A stretch of 19,899 bases of DNA from Candidatus Heimdallarchaeota archaeon. Its GTDB lineage: Archaea > Asgardarchaeota > Heimdallarchaeia > Heimdallarchaeales > JAJRWK01. The first letter of the stretch is position 1. Each line of letters starts with the position of its first letter. The position numbers and the translations under genes were made by a program. The stretch is taken from positions 1 through 19,899 of the forward strand of contig JAMOVR010000354.1 in NCBI GenBank assembly GCA_027061945.1, in the 5' to 3' direction. This document shows, piece by piece, positions 17,239 to 19,899 of the stretch. Under the pieces are notes generated by a model, which was not told the DNA's origin, did no database searches, and was given only the letters and a program-made list of their open reading frames with translations.

Positions 17239-17679
17239 ATAAGCATTAACCACTACTTTATTGTTCAAATAGGTATCAAGATCTTGAGCCATTATTTTAT
17301 CTATCTTCTCAATTTTTATCCCCAAAGAAACAAGAGCTTGAACAATTTCATTTCTTACATCATCTTCATTTTCATCTTCTAACGCATAAAATAACCATGG
17401 AATACTCTTCTCTCTTTTAAGTTTCTTTAACACATCTACTGCAGCGATTTTCACGTATTTAGAAGAATTTAGTTTTAATGCTGCGTAAAGCAGTTTGAGA
17501 TCTGGTTTTTTTTCTCGTAATTGCTCATAGATCTTTACAATTATTCGAGCTCCCTTCTTCTCCATTTCTAATTCATCTCCTCTTCCCTGTCCTGACCCCA
17601 AAATAGTTTTGCCTTTTACTTGATACGTTGTTAAAAGGCTTTCTAAGGCCAGGAGCTCCGCATCTAACTTTTCAGGCAT
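17236..17679 (-). CDS. HEAT-repeat (PBS-lyase HEAT-like) protein
   Basis: Repeated pattern of helix, loop, then D/E-x-x-VR-x-x-A: KYVKIAAVDVLKKL and EDENEDDVRNEIVQALVSLG. Confidence 0.6.
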   Translation of the reverse strand: MPEKLDAELLALESLLTTYQVKGKTILGSGQGRGDELEMEKKGARIIVKIYEQLREKKPDLKLLYAALKLNSSKYVKIAAVDVLKKLKREKSIPWLFYALEDENEDDVRNEIVQALVSLGIKIEKIDKIMAQDLDTYLNNKVVVNAY

Positions 17680-17845
17680 ATACTATTTATAAACTCAAAT
17701 TTAATAAAAAGAGAAACAACACCAGGCTATTATGTGCATATTCTCTCGAAAACATATTTGACTAAAATGCTTTAATAATAAAAGGAGATAATGTTTTAAT
17801 AATTTTTCAGATTTTCTTGCATAAAGAAAAGAACTATTGTATTAT

Positions 17846-18787
17846 TTAGAATGCGGAAACTTCAATATCTAATTGTTTTACAAGCTCTTTATACCGATTT
17901 CTTACAGTGACTTCTGTTACTGTAGCGGTTTCTGCTATTTCTCTTTGTGTCCGGCGTTCTCCCTCTAAAATACTAGCAATATAGAGTGCGGCAGCAGCTA
18001 ATCCTGTTGGATCTTTACCAACTGTAAGTCCTTTTGCTTTAGCTTTTGTTAACAAGTTTACTGCTCTTCTAGTAACTCTACCACTTAGACGTAGTTCGCT
18101 TGCAAATCTGACAATATAATCCACTGGATTTGGCGGTGGAATTTTTAGTTGTAATTCAGTGACTAATAATCTATATGAACGCCCTAATTCTTTTCTAGAT
18201 ACCCTTGAGTTTTGAGCGATTTCATCAATGGTCCTGGGGACACGCCTTAATCTAGCGGCAGCATATACTGCAGCAGCAATCATTGCTTCGATGCTCCTTC
18301 CCTTTATGAGTTGTCTTTCAATGGCTGACCTATAAATTAGTGCAGCAGTTTCTTTTACGTTTCTAGAAAGTCCTAGTTGGGAGGACAACCTATCCAATTC
18401 ACTCATCGCTAAAACTAAGTTTCTGTCCATTGAAGAAGAAACACGAGAACGAGTGTGCCACCTCTTTAAACGATACATTGTGGCTTTTTGTTGGGGGGAT
18501 AGTCTTTTACCATATACATCTCTGTCTTCCCATCCGATTTCTGTGCTGAGGCCTTTGTCGTGTAGACTTAACGTACTGGGTGACCCGACTCTTGCTCTCC
18601 TCCCTTTTTCTTCATTTGTGAACGCCCTCCATTCTGGTCCATCATCTATTAAGTGCTCTTCTATTACTGCTCCGCAATTCATACAGATTATCTCTCCTCG
18701 AGAGGGATCCGTAATGAATTTGGTTCCCCCACATTCTGGGCACTTTGGAAGGTTCTCTGATGTGGTTCTATTTACATTACTACTCAT
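17846..18787 (-). CDS. tfb: Transcription initiation factor TFB (TFIIB homologue)
   Basis: N-terminal zinc ribbon CPECGG..CMNCG, B-linker and two cyclin-fold repeats. I prefer ATG at 18787 (MSSNVN) because GGAGGA lies 5 nt upstream of it; the ORF track starts at 18802. Confidence 0.93.
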   Translation of the reverse strand: MSSNVNRTTSENLPKCPECGGTKFITDPSRGEIICMNCGAVIEEHLIDDGPEWRAFTNEEKGRRARVGSPSTLSLHDKGLSTEIGWEDRDVYGKRLSPQQKATMYRLKRWHTRSRVSSSMDRNLVLAMSELDRLSSQLGLSRNVKETAALIYRSAIERQLIKGRSIEAMIAAAVYAAARLRRVPRTIDEIAQNSRVSRKELGRSYRLLVTELQLKIPPPNPVDYIVRFASELRLSGRVTRRAVNLLTKAKAKGLTVGKDPTGLAAAALYIASILEGERRTQREIAETATVTEVTVRNRYKELVKQLDIEVSAF

Positions 18788-18832
18788 TTTAATCCTCCAC
18801 ATTCTTTTTATTACAAAGCGACAAAGAGTCTC

Positions 18833-18855
18833 TCAACTAACGCAAGGTTAGTTGA
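18833..18855 (-). promoter_or_regulatory. Perfect 9-bp hairpin in the putative tfb leader
   Basis: TCAACTAAC-gcaag-GTTAGTTGA, 46-68 nt upstream of the tfb ATG and downstream of a TATA-like TTAAATAAG (minus strand, ~18892-18900). Confidence 0.35.
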
Positions 18856-19093
18856 TACTCAGACCCCGCCAACAACACAATACCGAAACGCTTATTTAAG
18901 TGATTTGGTGTAACATAATAAATTTTACTGCGAGAAATCACCAAATGGAATACTTCGCCTCCTAATTATTGCGAAAAATACATTTTTACGTGGTGGGAAG
19001 CACCTCTATCCAAAACACCTAAAAAACAAGTTTTAACTAGTTTATTAATTCTTAACTCAAAAATTGTTCCTTAATTATATTCAAAAAAGATTG

Positions 19094-19414
19094 TTATTTG
19101 TTTTTAGTATCAGGTTCAGGAGGATATTTCTCACCTCTCTCTTCGTATTCTTTTTGTCTCTCCCGAATCACCGAATCTAATTTCTGTAAATCTTCGACCA
19201 TAATCCCCTTGGCGCTAAAAATATTTTTATGTTCTAAGAGAACACATTTAATTCGGGTTTTGCATTCTTCGGGAGTAATTTTGTCGGCCCAACTGCAATA
19301 TAGTCTTTCAATGTGGTGACATGGAGGATGTTCTAACGGTAAATACGCGTGGAACCACAGTTTCTGCTTGCCTATACCAAAATGGATTTCTTGATACCAT
19401 GCTTTTGAACTCAT
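19094..19414 (-). CDS. Hypothetical 106-aa protein (Cys/His-containing N-terminal half, acidic/basic tail)
   Basis: Open frame with non-repetitive composition. Its ATG overlaps the stop of an upstream small ORF (TAATG). No family recognised. Confidence 0.5.
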   Translation of the reverse strand: MSSKAWYQEIHFGIGKQKLWFHAYLPLEHPPCHHIERLYCSWADKITPEECKTRIKCVLLEHKNIFSAKGIMVEDLQKLDSVIRERQKEYEERGEKYPPEPDTKNK

Positions 19415-19515
19415 TAGTCTCTCCGCTTCTTTTTTTTCATTCTAACTCGCCCACATACGGGGCAGATAAATTTATCGTGTTTATGAAATCCTCCTTTTCT
19501 TTTTACTTCTTTCAT
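19414..19515 (-). CDS. Small zinc-ribbon-like basic ORF (33 aa from ATG; up to 48 aa from TTG at 19560)
   Basis: My own translation of the minus strand gives MKEVKRKGGFHKHDKFICPVCGRVRMKKKKRRD*. The upstream in-frame extension adds YCKYH, giving CxxH..CxxC. It is not in the ORF track because it is too short. Confidence 0.35.
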   Translation of the reverse strand: MKEVKRKGGFHKHDKFICPVCGRVRMKKKKRRD

Positions 19516-19706
19516 TTTAACGGGAGGATCATGGTATTTGCAGTACACGAAAATTCCCAATTGAAATTATTTCTAAAATATCCAAAAATTTTTGCTTAAA
19601 CACAAAAAAAGATGTTCCTAAGTGCAGGTCCAAACATTAAAAATAGATTATTTATAATAGTAACACCTATTATGTTACGTTATTACGTAATTAATTATGT
19701 CTTTTT

Positions 19707-19721
19707 CGCAAAGCATTTATT
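19707..19721 (+). promoter_or_regulatory. BRE/TATA-like promoter for the 5S transcript
   Basis: cgcaaag (BRE-like, purine-rich) followed by catttatt, centred ~27-33 nt upstream of 19745-19751. Confidence 0.4.
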
Positions 19722-19750
19722 GTTTTTGTGTTGAAATGTTTTTGCTGGTG

Positions 19751-19894
19751 TGCCGTCGTGACCGTAAGTCAAGCCGGCTGGCGTGCCAGTTGGTAGTGAG
19801 CTGTGCTCGCGAAGGCTGGCAAGTCCTGGCTCGCCAGGACCATAGCGGCCGGGTGATACCCGCTCCCATCCCGAACGCGGAAATCGCGACGGCA
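19751..19894 (+). rRNA. 5S rRNA gene with circularly permuted segment order
   Basis: 19833-19882 carries the 5S 5' part (GCCAGGAC CAUAGCGGCCGGG..ACCCGC UCCCAUCCCGAAC GCGGAA). 19768-19830 carries the 3' part (GUCAAGCCGGCUGGCG..GGUAGUGAGCUGUGCUCGCGAA..GUCCUGGC). The halves are in reversed order. The flanks 19751-19761/19884-19894 are complementary. Confidence 0.8.
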
Positions 19895-19899
19895 TTTTT
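19895..19899 (+). terminator. Oligo-T tract immediately after the 5S terminal helix (runs off the window)
   Basis: TTTTT directly follows 19894. Archaeal termination commonly occurs at oligo-T. Confidence 0.4.

Noticed and set aside
17161-17382. 73-aa + strand ORF
   Set aside because: It is antisense to the better-supported HEAT-repeat gene, low-complexity and Ile/Phe-rich, and begins in the convergent spacer.
18453-18851. 132-aa + strand ORF
   Set aside because: It is antisense to tfb, which has unambiguous motifs.
18940-19000. GGAGG followed by a 35-codon GVG-started minus-strand ORF in the tfb upstream spacer
   Set aside because: The SD-to-start spacing is ~16 nt, which is too long. There is no ATG and no recognisable motif.
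19695-19895. 66-aa minus-strand ORF from the ORF track
   Set aside because: It lies entirely antisense to the GC-rich 5S rRNA sequence, and its Pro/Gly/Arg-rich translation is a GC-composition artefact.
19762-19899. Head-to-tail tandem 5S genes as an alternative explanation for the reversed halves
   Set aside because: The sequence upstream of 19762 is not a 5S 5' half, and the sequence after 19883 departs from 5S. Those two flanks are complementary to each other, which fits a true permutation rather than a tandem array cut by the window.
1-19899. CRISPR arrays, transposases, integrases, inteins
   Set aside because: I saw no regularly spaced direct repeats and no recombinase-like ORFs. rgy and infB read through without intein-like insertions.

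Overview
Visibly AT-rich archaeal chromosomal segment. Archaeal assignment rests on reverse gyrase, aIF5B, TFB, a PriS-like primase, a geranylgeranyl-reductase-type enzyme and GGGTGA/GGAGG Shine-Dalgarno motifs. It holds about 17 credible protein genes with long AT-rich spacers, plus several sharply GC-rich islands that look like structural RNA genes rather than coding sequence. Housekeeping genes are rgy, ndk, infB (aIF5B), tfb, an amidohydrolase and a GGR-family oxidoreductase. Accessory or unknown genes are a solo Cas4-like Fe-S nuclease, a two-gene operon for a membrane-anchored RING/PHD-like zinc-finger protein and a Lys-tailed membrane protein, three consecutive membrane proteins (DUF1614-like, DUF92/TMEM19, YdjM/DUF457), a HEAT-repeat protein, and a TAATG-coupled pair of small ORFs. 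The strongest finding is a 5S rRNA gene at 19751-19894 whose halves are in circularly permuted order: the 3' part comes first, native helix I is capped as a hairpin, and complementary flanks form new ends. Other findings: (1) a GC-rich RNA locus at 12572-13072 with RNase P RNA-like blocks that overlaps the 3' end of the primase-like ORF; (2) a ~96-nt inverted repeat bracketing a 3.5-kb segment; (3) a structured element with mutually exclusive helices upstream of infB; (4) a small hairpin family showing a compensatory base change. I found no CRISPR array, tRNA, transposase or integrase.
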